From an uncultured Clostridia bacterium (GTDB lineage Bacteria > Bacillota > JAAYKD01 > CAYOCI01), in assembly GCA_964402415.1 (NCBI GenBank), contig CAYOCI010000005.1:15267-79266 (forward strand): DNA of 64,000 bases, written 5' to 3'. Under the pieces are notes generated by a model. That model searched no databases and was not told the origin of the DNA. It was given only the letters and a program-made list of their open reading frames with translations. Both the position numbers and the translations under genes were made by a program. Within the stretch, counting starts at the first letter, position 1, and every line of letters starts with the position of its first letter. This document shows, in pieces, positions 47,152 to 56,699 of this stretch.

Positions 47152-49014
47152 TCAATCTATACAACGGTATTTGTCATATATCGAACATGATGGACTTCTG
47201 AGCGTAATGTTGACTTGTTCCTGGTCTTCTAGGAGAGCCTTCCGAACCTCATCAGTGTTCTGCATGACAGCATCAGTGAAGACCAGCTTCCTCTGTATGG
47301 TCACCTCGTTACCACACAAGATCACAGTTAATGGCTCATATTCTCCGTGGTGCTCAAAAACAAGACTCTCCAGCCTATCAAGATGGGGTTCAAGCTCCTT
47401 TGCAGGCCATGAATATGCGACTGTCTGGACATCGCGTTTTCCTCGGTGAATGGCGCTGATAAGTGTGGCTACCGCAGAATCATCACCTGCTGACCATTTA
47501 CTCATATCGAGGCAAAGGTTAAAGTGAGTGGCAACGGAACGAACTCTGCGCAGATGGGTTAGATACTGATGCATTCTATCTCGAAAGCTGTCAACGTCGG
47601 CTCCAGTAAAGTTGCCAGCGAGAGGTACTTTGTGATTCCGCTCGGGGTCAATCACCATGAGTGTCTTTCCACACGCAAACTGTGATGCGATCATAGCTGC
47701 CGCATACATCTCTTCAATGTCACTCCCGTACTTGAAAGTCACCGCAAGCTTGTGCGTGGACCGATTCAACTTAGGCGTCCTAATGGTTATTGCAAGACAT
47801 TGGCTATTGAGTGAGACTTGGTATTCATGACTAAGCTCATAGCAGCAGACATCCGCCATAACCTTCTCCGGCATCGATTTGATCACCAGTACACCACTAT
47901 ACTGGCGAGTAGGATGCCTTTGGAACACAAGATCGCCAGATATTCCACCCTTTGCCTGGTCAAGCAGAAAATCTCCTGTCTTTGTTTCCATGCTAAGGAC
48001 CATCTTAGAAGGGATCTTTAGCTTTAGCTCTCTCCCCTCATGAAAAGCTTCTAGAGCTTTGTGGGCTTGACTAGTGAACTGCATGTCCAGTGTCATAGGG
48101 GTTCCCGGGACCAGAGTTATAGATCTAGAACCATCCGTGCTAGCGGTCAAACTCAGTTCTATCCCATTTTCCCTAACAACTTGTGCGATTCGGCTAATCT
48201 TGGTGTACTCACCGTCTTTGAAGCCAATCACTGTATACGGGTATGTCATCTTATGTAGGCACTCAAGCGCCTCCCGGGCGGTCATGTCGACATAATGGAT
48301 ACCCAGCTGCTCTAGGCGATCTCTATTGTGCTGTGCCCAACTCGGCGCTATTAGAAACCTCTCGGGTACACTATCCGATAGTTGCTTTGACACCGCTTCG
48401 AACACGAACTCAACATTAGGATCGTCAAACCCGTGACCTACTAGGACTACTGATTTGTGCGCTAGACACGTCTTGACACATGACCATAGAAGCGAGTTCC
48501 TAGCGACTGAGTTATCCAGAAATCGGTTATAGTCGCTACGTGTAATGATGATGCCATCCGGATCCCTACATATGTCCCCATGAACTTTGATTAAGGTTGT
48601 CCTGTCATCGCGCCCGTAGTTGGCTAGGTCTTTATCAGTCGATAAGACGACTAATTGATCCTCAAATGCTCTCTCGAAGAGATTGTCATAGTTGGTGGTG
48701 ATGATAGTCTCGATCTGAACCATGCCTTTGACAAGCCTATGCAACACTAGGTCGGGGGTCGGTCTATCGAGTGACTCCTGCACAATCCGTATTAGCTCTG
48801 AACGATCCCCCCTTCTCAATCGTACATACTCCTCTGCAACTTCAGGTAGGCCGCTACGTTGGTCAAGGAACTCTACTTCCTCTGGAGCGCAGCGCTGCTT
48901 GATGGCATTGACCAGATCATTACCCATGGGCAGTCCAGCATCCCAGTTGAACCCAGCTCCCGTCCATAGCACGACTTCTCCCCTACGGATCTTCTCAGCA
49001 ATCCGATGAAGCAT
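47152..49014 (-). CDS. SIR2-like (SIR2_2 / DUF4020-type) domain protein with ~350-aa uncharacterised C-terminal domain; candidate NADase defence effector
   Basis: VVLWTGAGFNWDAGLP, ITTNYDNLFERAF, IKVHGDI and VLVGHGFDDPNVEFVF motifs in the first ~270 aa. Standalone gene between the immunity module and int. Confidence 0.7.
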   Translation of the reverse strand: MLHRIAEKIRRGEVVLWTGAGFNWDAGLPMGNDLVNAIKQRCAPEEVEFLDQRSGLPEVAEEYVRLRRGDRSELIRIVQESLDRPTPDLVLHRLVKGMVQIETIITTNYDNLFERAFEDQLVVLSTDKDLANYGRDDRTTLIKVHGDICRDPDGIIITRSDYNRFLDNSVARNSLLWSCVKTCLAHKSVVLVGHGFDDPNVEFVFEAVSKQLSDSVPERFLIAPSWAQHNRDRLEQLGIHYVDMTAREALECLHKMTYPYTVIGFKDGEYTKISRIAQVVRENGIELSLTASTDGSRSITLVPGTPMTLDMQFTSQAHKALEAFHEGRELKLKIPSKMVLSMETKTGDFLLDQAKGGISGDLVFQRHPTRQYSGVLVIKSMPEKVMADVCCYELSHEYQVSLNSQCLAITIRTPKLNRSTHKLAVTFKYGSDIEEMYAAAMIASQFACGKTLMVIDPERNHKVPLAGNFTGADVDSFRDRMHQYLTHLRRVRSVATHFNLCLDMSKWSAGDDSAVATLISAIHRGKRDVQTVAYSWPAKELEPHLDRLESLVFEHHGEYEPLTVILCGNEVTIQRKLVFTDAVMQNTDEVRKALLEDQEQVNITLRSPSCSIYDKYRCID

Positions 49015-49200
49015 TCCATCACCTCAAAGCAGGTGGGTTTTCCTGTTACCACCTGAATGTCGTTAATATGAAGTCCCTGCCCTATTGGATTGGGACAACC
49101 ACTTATCTATTTTACCACAACTGGCAGCATCTTCTTGTCCTCTGGATGCGAGGTGTTCGCTGGTCATCTACAACAAACAAGACAGGATGGTGGTGTATCC

Positions 49201-50391
49201 ATGCAATTCACAAGTCGCATCGACAAGGTCGATAAGAACCATTACCGGATCGTAGTCAATCTCGGCCATGATCCAACAGATCGCAGGTACAAGAAAAAAC
49301 AGAAGGACGTCCACGGGACAAAGGCCGAGGCAGAGCTGGTACTGCAGTCCTGGATCGAGGAGTTGCAGCAGGCTCCGAAGACGCTGTCCAGTCAGACAAT
49401 CGGGCAGTTCCTCATGCATTGGGTAGACACGATTGCCAAGCCTGAGCTAGAGCGCAATACGTACGATAGTTACCGCTGGGAGCTCGAAAAGCATATCGTC
49501 CCTAGTCTGGGGCATATCCCACTGTGTGAGATCGCGCCAATCCACGTCCAGACCTTCTACAGCTACAAAGCCGAGGCCGGGCGTCTGGATGGCAAAGGCG
49601 GGCTCTCGAACCGGACGATCACGTATCACCATGCCATTCTCAACCAGGCCCTGGCCAGTGCAAAAGTCCTGAAGCTGATCGAAGAGAACCCCTGTGATGT
49701 GGTAAAGCCACCGCGCGACAAGCGCAACGCTAGCGAAAAGATCGGCGTGGTGCTTACCAAGGACGAGTTGGGTTCCGTCCTCATTCGCCTGAGAGGACAC
49801 CGAGACTATGCACTGATCTACGCCGCTGCTTTCACGGGCATGAGACAGTCTGAGCTGCTGGGCCTGCAGTGGGATGACATCCTTTGGGACACCAAGCAGA
49901 TCCGCGTGCGGAAGGCCATGCACCGGCACCGCAGCGGCGAGTATGAGCATCGAGCCAGGACAAAGAACAAGACCAGCTCCCGGATCATCAAAGTGACTGA
50001 TGATCTCATGGTAGTGCTCAGAGAGCATCGCAAAGAACAGATGCAAGCCCTCTTGGCTGCAGGTAGTGATCGCTCATCCAACCTTGTCTTCCCTGACTTG
50101 GATGGCTCACCGCAGAACCGGCTCAACGTCTACCACCGCTTCAGAAACATCATCACTAAGCTCGGGCACAAAGGCATGCGCTTTCACGATCTGCGTCATA
50201 CCCACGCAACGATCTTGCTCGCGAGCGGTGTCATGATCAACGTGGTCAGCAAACGTCTCGGCCATGCCAACGTCGACACGACCCTCGGCATCTATGCTCA
50301 CGTACTCCCAGAGTTCGAGAACAACGCGGCTGATACATTCGCGGATCTGGTCGTCACGAAGGCCACAGAGGCCGCTTCCAAAACTTATTAG
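49201..50391 (+). CDS. int: tyrosine recombinase (phage integrase)
   Basis: C-terminal ..RFHDLRHTHATILLASG...LGHANVDTTLGIYAHV (R..H..R..Y). RBS GGTGGTG before the ATG at 49201. Adjacent to attR / tRNA-Leu. Confidence 0.85.
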   Translation: MQFTSRIDKVDKNHYRIVVNLGHDPTDRRYKKKQKDVHGTKAEAELVLQSWIEELQQAPKTLSSQTIGQFLMHWVDTIAKPELERNTYDSYRWELEKHIVPSLGHIPLCEIAPIHVQTFYSYKAEAGRLDGKGGLSNRTITYHHAILNQALASAKVLKLIEENPCDVVKPPRDKRNASEKIGVVLTKDELGSVLIRLRGHRDYALIYAAAFTGMRQSELLGLQWDDILWDTKQIRVRKAMHRHRSGEYEHRARTKNKTSSRIIKVTDDLMVVLREHRKEQMQALLAAGSDRSSNLVFPDLDGSPQNRLNVYHRFRNIITKLGHKGMRFHDLRHTHATILLASGVMINVVSKRLGHANVDTTLGIYAHVLPEFENNAADTFADLVVTKATEAASKTY

Positions 50392-50405
50392 CGGATTTTT
50401 AGCGG
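50385..50405 (+). promoter_or_regulatory. tandem arm-type repeats ATTAGCGGAT / TTTAGCGGAT (11-bp period), P arm
   Basis: Same repeat as at 12168..12188. Confidence 0.5.
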
Positions 50406-50436
50406 ATTTCGCCGCGTGGAGGCCCGCTAATGCCCT

Positions 50437-50462
50437 AATCCGTACAAAAGAAAAAAGGCCCG
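50437..50462 (-). terminator. rho-independent terminator of the tRNA operon (GGCCTTCGGGCC + TTTTTTCTTTTG on the minus strand), prophage-encoded copy
   Basis: Hairpin plus T-run 20 nt past the tRNA-Leu 3' end. Confidence 0.65.
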
Positions 50463-50480
50463 AAGGCCTTGATCTTATTG

Positions 50481-50541
50481 GGTTGGTGCGAGGGAGGGGA
50501 GTTGAACCCCTACGCCGTGAGGCACTAGATCCTAAGTCTAG
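50481..50541. repeat. attR core (61-bp direct repeat, identical to 11998..12058)
   Basis: Exact match to attL; overlaps the 3' 57 nt of tRNA-Leu. Confidence 0.85.
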
Positions 50542-50568
50542 CGTGTCTGCCAATTCCACCACCCTCGC
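50484..50568 (-). tRNA. tRNA-Leu (anticodon TAG), integration target
   Basis: 85 nt. Acceptor GCGAGGG/CCCTCGC + A + CCA. Long variable arm. Anticodon loop CTTAGGA. Confidence 0.8.
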
Positions 50569-50637
50569 ATGGATGAAGGTTCCTATAGATGCAAACAGCT
50601 GAAAGCGATCGCTCACTTTCAACTCTGATCACATAAA

Positions 50638-50712
50638 TGGTGGGCTACGATGGGATCGAACCATCGACACCCCGCTTAAAAGGCGGGTGCTCTACCCCTG
50701 AGCTAGTAGCCC
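50638..50712 (-). tRNA. tRNA-Lys (TTT)
   Basis: GGGCTACTAGCTCAGGGGTAGAGCACCCGCCTTTTAAGCGGG..TTCGATCC..CCA. Confidence 0.8.
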
Positions 50713-50724
50713 GCGTTAGTGAAG

Positions 50725-50800
50725 TGGTTGGGGCGGCAGGACTCGAACCTACGCATGCGGGAGTCAAAGTCCCGTGCCTTACCGACTTGGCTACGCCCCA
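50725..50800 (-). tRNA. tRNA-Gln (TTG)
   Basis: TGGGGCGTAGCCAAGTCGGTAAGGCACGGGACTTTGACTCCCG..TTCGAGTCC..CCA. Confidence 0.8.
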
Positions 50801-50821
50801 ATGGGTGATGTCTGATGGAAA

Positions 50822-50898
50822 TGGCGCGCCCGGCAGGATTCGAACCTGCGACCACCGGATTCGTAGTCCGTTACTCTATCCAGCTGAGCTACGGGCGC
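50822..50898 (-). tRNA. tRNA-Arg (ACG)
   Basis: GCGCCCGTAGCTCAGCTGGATAGAGTAACGGACTACGAATCCG..TTCGAATCC..CCA. Confidence 0.8.
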
Positions 50899-50918
50899 AT
50901 ATAAGGTTTTGGGAAAAG

Positions 50919-50996
50919 TGGGGTGGATGATGAGACTCGAACTCACGACCCCCAGAGCCACAATCTGGTGCTCTAACCAACTGAGCTACACCCACC
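50919..50996 (-). tRNA. tRNA-His (GTG) with G-1
   Basis: GGTGGGTGTAGCTCAGTTGGTTAGAGCACCAGATTGTGGCTCTGG..TTCGAGTCT..CCA. Extra 5' G pairs with C73. Confidence 0.8.
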
Positions 50997-51047
50997 ACGT
51001 CAAACATGTGGCTAGACAACTTGGGAACAAGGAAGGCAATCAAGGAA

Positions 51048-51123
51048 TGGCGCGCCTGGCAGGAATCGAACCTGCGGCCAACGGATTAGAAGTCCGTTGC
51101 TCTATCCCCTGAGCTACAGGCGC
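51048..51123 (-). tRNA. tRNA-Arg (TCT)
   Basis: GCGCCTGTAGCTCAGGGGATAGAGCAACGGACTTCTAATCCGTT..TTCGATTCC..CCA. Confidence 0.8.
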
Positions 51124-51154
51124 ACAGAACGCCCTGTATGGGAGCTTTAAGATG

Positions 51155-51231
<77 letters not shown>

Positions 51232-51246
51232 AAAACGACAGAACTT

Positions 51247-51275
51247 ATTATAACCCGCATCGCGTCAACTGTCAA
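51247..51275 (-). promoter_or_regulatory. consensus sigma-A promoter of the tRNA operon (TTGACA - 17 nt - TATAAT)
   Basis: Revcomp of tgtcaa (51270..51275) and attata (51247..51252); TSS about 8 nt before tRNA-Pro. Confidence 0.7.
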
Positions 51276-51455
51276 GAACCCGACAAGCGTTTTGACCATG
51301 GTCAATCGCTGGAACAACTGGTTGTCGTTGCTCGACTGTCGTCGTCTGCGGCGAAGACAATCTTATCACAGCTTCGTCTCGCTTGACAAGACCTGTTTGC
51401 CTAGCATTTTCTTACACATCAAGGAAACGCGAGCAAAGATTGACGTAGCACCGAA

Positions 51456-51998
51456 CTACACCGGCTGCAGCACAGTTTCTGCCAGGATCCTCTGGTCGGC
51501 CAAGGTTACGACCCGCACGGAAACACGACCGTCGGTCTGCTTCTCCAAGAGTGCAGCGGTCGGCTGTGCCTCTCGATCTGGAGACTCAGCGTGGCGGCGT
51601 GGGCGCGCAACCGAACCTGGGTTTAGCACGACCAGGTCTTCTTCGTGCTTAAGAAACCATTGGTGAGTATGTCCAAAAATAGCCAAATGCGTTTGGGCGC
51701 GCCTTGCCACAGCGCCCAACTCTGATACTCGGTCTTTGACCTGATAACGGTGACCGTGGACTAGGAGAATGCGGAGTCCAGCCCATGTAAAGACAAGCTC
51801 TTCTGGAGCGCTGCCTTCGGGGTCGCAGTTGCCAGCCACGGCTTGGACAGGAACTCCAAACAGCCGGCCGATCCGCTCGCCATCGACCCAATGATCTCCA
51901 CCATGGATGATTAGGTCAAAAGGCTCCATACCTCGCAGAGCATAGTCAGAGCGTTGCAGCATGCCGTGGGTATCGCTGATGACCACTGCCCTCATGCC
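51456..51998 (-). CDS. YfcE/YsnB-like metallophosphoesterase
   Basis: MRAVVISDTHG...GDH...GNCD..HGH motifs. Start at 51998 overlaps the rdgB stop. Confidence 0.7.
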   Translation of the reverse strand, partial: GMRAVVISDTHGMLQRSDYALRGMEPFDLIIHGGDHWVDGERIGRLFGVPVQAVAGNCDPEGSAPEELVFTWAGLRILLVHGHRYQVKDRVSELGAVARRAQTHLAIFGHTHQWFLKHEEDLVVLNPGSVARPRRHAESPDREAQPTAALLEKQTDGRVSVRVVTLADQRILAETVLQPV

Positions 51999-52594
51999 CG
52001 TCCCAACTCCAGTCGCAAGTAGTGGATCAGCTGCTGCATGGCCTTGGCGCGATGACTGATTTTGTTCTTGATCTCGAGCGGAAGTTCGGCATAGGTCTGT
52101 CCATATTCTGGAACAAGAAATAGTGGATCGTAGCCGAAACCACCCTGACCCGCTGGTTTGGTGGTAATAACGCCAGAGCATTCGCCTCGGAACGTGACGG
52201 TTTGTTCGCCTGGCCGGGCTAGAGCTACTTCGGAGACAAACCGCCCGCTACGCTTGTCTACCCCCGACATGGCCTGAATCAGCTTCTGATTGTTGACTTC
52301 ATCATTGGCGTTTTCGCCAGCATAGCGTGCCGAGTACACACCCGGTGCGCCGCCCAGTGCGTCCACCTCCAGACCAGAGTCGTCTGCGATCGCCCACGTC
52401 CCCAACGCCTGACAGACAGCATCGGCCTTGAGCTTGGCGTTGGCCGCAAAGGTGGCCCCCGTCTCCTCAATCGTGTCGTGAAAACCAGCCTCTTTGGAGG
52501 TCATGACCTCCACGGGCAGGTCGCGGAGCAGCTCGCGCAGTTCGCGGACCTTGCCCATATTACCTGTGGCCATGACCAGCTGCTGTTTTGACAT
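51992..52594 (-). CDS. rdgB: non-canonical purine NTP pyrophosphatase (RdgB/HAM1)
   Basis: MATGNMGKVRELRELL...FGYDP.F motifs; 200 aa. Confidence 0.8.
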   Translation of the reverse strand: MSKQQLVMATGNMGKVRELRELLRDLPVEVMTSKEAGFHDTIEETGATFAANAKLKADAVCQALGTWAIADDSGLEVDALGGAPGVYSARYAGENANDEVNNQKLIQAMSGVDKRSGRFVSEVALARPGEQTVTFRGECSGVITTKPAGQGGFGYDPLFLVPEYGQTYAELPLEIKNKISHRAKAMQQLIHYLRLELGRA

Positions 52595-52618
52595 CTGCCT
52601 TCCCCTCTTCCGTTGCCT

Positions 52619-53359
52619 CTATTTCGACAACCATCGCAAGCCCAAGGGTTCGATGATCTCTTTTTGGTAGGCGATCATGCCCTGGATCCCGTCGGTCGCT
52701 AGATCGAGCATGGTATTAAGCTGGTCGCGGCTAAAGGTAGCCTCTTCACCAGTCCCCTGCACTTCCACTAGCCGCCCACTGCCTGTCATGACCACGTTCA
52801 TATCGACTTCAGCCTCTGAGTCCTCGAGGTAGTTCAGATCCAAGAGCGGTTGGCTGGCGACCAGCCCCACGCTGATGGCGGCGAGGTGATCCTTGATCGG
52901 TAGGCGGCTCAGCTTGCCCTCACGAAGCATCTTCTCCATGGCTAGAGCCATGGCCACAAACCCGCCAGTAATCGAGGCTGTGCGCGTGCCACCGTCTGCT
53001 TGGATGACATCGCAATCGATGGTGATGCTGTTCTCACCCATGACCCCTAGGTCCACCACCGCACGTAAGGCCCGACCGATCAGGCGCTGGATCTCCATGG
53101 TGCGACCACCAAGCTTGCCCTTGCTGGCTTCGCGCTGATTGCGAGTGCCGGTGGAGCGGGGCAGCATTCCATACTCGGCCGTCACCCAGCCCTTTCCCGA
53201 CCCCTTTAAGAATGGCGGCACCCGATCTTCCCAGGATGCAGTACAAATCACTTTGGTCTGCCCTACTTCGATCAAAACTGAGCCCTCAGCATGCATATTG
53301 TAGTGTGGGATGATCCGCGTCGGGCGCAGTTGGCTATTCTGTCGACCATCAACTCTCAT
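52619..53359 (-). CDS. rph: ribonuclease PH
   Basis: [42 protein letters not shown]...; 246 aa. Confidence 0.85.
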   Translation of the reverse strand: MRVDGRQNSQLRPTRIIPHYNMHAEGSVLIEVGQTKVICTASWEDRVPPFLKGSGKGWVTAEYGMLPRSTGTRNQREASKGKLGGRTMEIQRLIGRALRAVVDLGVMGENSITIDCDVIQADGGTRTASITGGFVAMALAMEKMLREGKLSRLPIKDHLAAISVGLVASQPLLDLNYLEDSEAEVDMNVVMTGSGRLVEVQGTGEEATFSRDQLNTMLDLATDGIQGMIAYQKEIIEPLGLRWLSK

Positions 53360-53662
53360 GGTGTATCCCCCTTCGTCGCTCTGACCAGCGCAGAAATGCC
53401 CACAGCGCGCAGCCCACAGCCCACAGTGGAGTCAACCATCTGCCAGGTGGGGCGTGCCATCCCCTGTTATGCCGTCGAAGAGGCGGTATGGAACAGGCGA
53501 AGACATAAAAAAGCTCTCCTCTTATTCCTGCCCAAAGATCATGATTCCTTCTCGCATCGACGTGGCGTTTTTCCGCGACAAAACAAAAGCGACCGATCGC
53601 TCGGTCGCTGTCATCATGCGAGGTGGCAGCAGATCTAATCGCTTGCCCAGAACTACTTGCGT

Positions 53663-54110
53663 CTAGTTGTTTGCCTTCATGAGCTCATCTAGTTGTTTGA
53701 GCGCCTGAACCATGGTACGCTTTTCGTCGTCAGTCACATTCTCCAGGATGGAGGCTAGGTAGCGCTTGCGGCTGCCCATGACTTCCTCCAGCATCCGATA
53801 GCCCTTCTCCTTGATGCGCAAACGCACCACGCGGCGGTCATGAGGATCGCGTTCCCGCTCGACCAGATCGTTGCGTTCCATCCGATCGATGAGATCAGTA
53901 GCGGTGCTGCACGCGAGATACATCTTCTCACCCAGTTCACCGATCGTCAAGTTGCCATGGTTATGCAGGTATTGAAGTGCATTTAACTGCGGAGGTGTAA
54001 GATCAAAATCCGCCAAGATATCGCGTCCACGCTTGCGGATGATATTACTTACATGGCGTACGAGCTCCTCGAGCTCTTCCACATACGGTCCGAACCCCTG
54101 ATTTTCCAAC
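53663..54110 (-). CDS. MarR-family transcriptional regulator
   Basis: Winged HTH ..LTPPQLNALQYLHNHGNLTIGELGEKM...DRRVVRLRIKEKG. TTG start at 54110 with GGAGGT RBS. The upstream ORF extension overlaps its own promoter. Confidence 0.65.
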
Positions 54111-54150
54111 GCTAATCTCACCTCCGCCGATATATTCGATGTACTAAATA

Positions 54151-54179
54151 TTGTACCGGCAATGGGAGGAGTTGTCAAG
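54151..54179 (-). promoter_or_regulatory. sigma-A promoter of the marR-like gene (TTGACA - 17 nt - TACAAT)
   Basis: Revcomp of tgtcaa (54174..54179) and attgta (54151..54156). Confidence 0.6.
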
Positions 54180-54318
54180 GCTTTATCAAGACGAAGTTAT
54201 TGCTAATTATGTTGCCATGTTATGAGAACCAGGGGCGCTTGAGCGCCCCTGGTTTACTCGCTCTGGCGTTGGCCATCGACACGGGAGTACCGCGTCTGTC
54301 TCCGCCTCTCCGGTCTGC

Positions 54319-56478
54319 CTAGTTGGCCGAGAAGAACTTGGTCAGTCCACTGTAGAGCGCCGTCGCGGCCTTCTGCCGGAAGGCGGGATCCTTGATCAGG
54401 GCCTCTTCGGCTTTGTTGGATATGAACCCGATCTCGGCCAAGGCGCTGACCATCTGGCTCTCACGGGTGACGTAGATCTCGGGGCGCGCGACGATCCCAC
54501 GGTTGCGCAGACCGAGGGCGCTGACCAGTTCCTGCTGAACTACCGACGCCAGGCGCTGACGGTCTTCCCCTGATGAGTACAGAACCTCGATACCGTTGGC
54601 ATCGGTCTTGGTGTGGGAGTTGTGATGGATGGACAGAAACAGATCAGCCTGAGCCTTGTTGGCCAGATCAGTCCGTCCGCTTAGGGATACATAATCGTCG
54701 GTCGCACGAGTTATCAGGACCTTGGCACCCGCTTTCTCCAGCAGGGCCTTCAGCTTCAACGCGATATCGAGAGTCCCCGCCTTCTCCTCGAAACGGGATG
54801 TCGGTGCGACCGCACCCGGATCAGAGCCACCGTGTCCTGGATCGATGGCGATCAGCTTGCCCGCTAAGCCCGAACTAAGCAAGGATATCTCGATCTTGTT
54901 GGTGCGTGTAGCCGACCGCACAGTATGGGTGATGTAGTAGGCTAGGTCGGCGACGATCCTCGTCCCGCCAGCATAATGCTCGACCCTGATGGCCTTGACC
55001 AATCCATCGTTCACCGCGATATTGGCCGGTAGATCGCCCTTGTCCGCGCCGGGAATATCGACCACCAAGCGATGCGGATTTGTCAAACGCATTACTTTGT
55101 ATGAGGCGGCTTTGTCAAGGCTGATGGTCAGTACTGAGCTGCCACCGAGCTTCTTTACTGCGGCGCCGGTTGTGGTTGCGAAGGCGTTGAGTGTAATCCT
55201 CAGCTGCCCGTCATCCATGCTAATCTGGTAGCGCGTACTCAACTTCAGGCCTACGGTCAAGCAGGCGCCATCACCGCTGGCCGCTGGTTCGAGAGATAGC
55301 TTGTCCACCAAGGAGTTTAGGATCGGCTTAGGAAGCGCTGCCGACGGTGAGATCCCAGGCAGCAGGACACGTATCTCTTGCCCCTCACCGGAAAGAATGG
55401 TGACGGGAACTGCAGTCTGGTCGTTGCCGCTCGGCTGGCTAACCGTGATCAGCCAGTCTGCCACCCAGCCGACCGTACCATCTGCCAATCTCACCTCTAC
55501 CCAGCCTGATTGCGTGCTGAGCACCTTTACCTTGGTACCCGCACTCAGACGAGTGATGATGCGATCATGGTTAGTCCCAGGGATCTCGCGCAGATTGGTC
55601 TCGGATTCCTTGATAACCCCGGTTCTCTCGCCTACGGTGCTACCGCTCAGTAGGAGCGGTTCAGCCAAGCCATCGAAGCTAAAGACCAGTTCCTCACCAC
55701 CGTCGACCGGACGGTTGACAGCCTCGGTCATCCGATGCGCCGCGGTGATGGTCAACTGACGCCCATCCTGCGATGACATGAGCTTGATATGGTCGGCCGC
55801 ACCCTCAAGATCGACCACCACCCGGGCGGTGGAGGTCGGCTGGTCGTGCTGGGCCAAGCGCACGGCGATAATGCCGCCACTATTGACCGGCATGGTCTTC
55901 CCACTGACATCAAGCTTGGCATAGGGGAGGTCGATGACTAATCGGTTCGGATTGCTTAGCTGGAAGCTCGTGGGGGTTAGGCGACCACTTCCTTGTACAG
56001 TCACCGAAGTGCCGGCGGTCGTGACCTCAGGCTCCGAGACGGCGACACGCACCGGACGCCAAGCGCTGACCGTACGGGTCTGGGCATTCCAATCAATCCC
56101 CGCCCCGAGCGCTGTGCTGACAAAGCGGAGTGGGACCATGGTCCTGTTGTCGATTAGGCGAGCAGGCACGTCTAGCGACACGGGCTTACCAGCAACCGTC
56201 GCAGTCGCCTGATCCAGCGCCATAACAATCTCGGTCTCTTCGCTGATCACACGAATGCTACGTTTGACCCCGTCCCATTCCACGGTGCATCCCAATGTCT
56301 CAGAGAGAACCCGTATCGGCACTAGAGCGCGTCCGTTCTCGATGACTGGCGCAACATCACTACTAAGCGCAACGCCGTTAACCACCAATGCAGGCTTGTC
56401 CTCTGCACGCACGGCTAAGGAGAACAGGGCCAGAACGAGCACGAGTGCAACTGTGAGATAGCGCATCCAACGAATCAA
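54319..56478 (-). CDS. N-acetylmuramoyl-L-alanine amidase (Amidase_3) with N-terminal copper-amine-oxidase-like and repeat domains
   Basis: C-terminal IAIDPGHGGSDPGAV...E..T. N-terminal ALVPIRVLSETLGCTVEWDG. Signal peptide. Start uncertain (TTG 56478 or ATG 56466). Confidence 0.7.
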   Translation of the reverse strand: MIRWMRYLTVALVLVLALFSLAVRAEDKPALVVNGVALSSDVAPVIENGRALVPIRVLSETLGCTVEWDGVKRSIRVISEETEIVMALDQATATVAGKPVSLDVPARLIDNRTMVPLRFVSTALGAGIDWNAQTRTVSAWRPVRVAVSEPEVTTAGTSVTVQGSGRLTPTSFQLSNPNRLVIDLPYAKLDVSGKTMPVNSGGIIAVRLAQHDQPTSTARVVVDLEGAADHIKLMSSQDGRQLTITAAHRMTEAVNRPVDGGEELVFSFDGLAEPLLLSGSTVGERTGVIKESETNLREIPGTNHDRIITRLSAGTKVKVLSTQSGWVEVRLADGTVGWVADWLITVSQPSGNDQTAVPVTILSGEGQEIRVLLPGISPSAALPKPILNSLVDKLSLEPAASGDGACLTVGLKLSTRYQISMDDGQLRITLNAFATTTGAAVKKLGGSSVLTISLDKAASYKVMRLTNPHRLVVDIPGADKGDLPANIAVNDGLVKAIRVEHYAGGTRIVADLAYYITHTVRSATRTNKIEISLLSSGLAGKLIAIDPGHGGSDPGAVAPTSRFEEKAGTLDIALKLKALLEKAGAKVLITRATDDYVSLSGRTDLANKAQADLFLSIHHNSHTKTDANGIEVLYSSGEDRQRLASVVQQELVSALGLRNRGIVARPEIYVTRESQMVSALAEIGFISNKAEEALIKDPAFRQKAATALYSGLTKFFSAN

Positions 56479-56699
56479 GGCGTTCTCCCCCCTGGCATTG
56501 AGATGATCTTCAACCATCAGGACATATGTAGATGAGCAGCAGCCTCTATGGCTGGTTACTCTAGCTTCTTAGACGTCGCTTCTTTCGCTTTTGTTCGCGG
56601 TCTGCAGTGTTTTTTCCTCTCTTTTTGACATAAAGTACAGATTATATGGACACTCAACTGACAAAAACAGCCCTCCCCGCTGCGGAAAGGGCTGCTTGC

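Larger units (their letters stand above)
11998..50541. mobile_element. integrated temperate siphovirus-like prophage (~38.5 kb) in tRNA-Leu(TAG)
   Basis: att direct repeats, tyrosine integrase next to attR, complete lysogeny / replication / packaging / head / tail / lysis modules, arm-type repeats inside both ends. Confidence 0.85.

Noticed and set aside
49447-50622. 199-aa and 171-aa minus-strand ORFs
   Set aside because: Antisense to the integrase, or running across the tRNA-Leu and att repeat.
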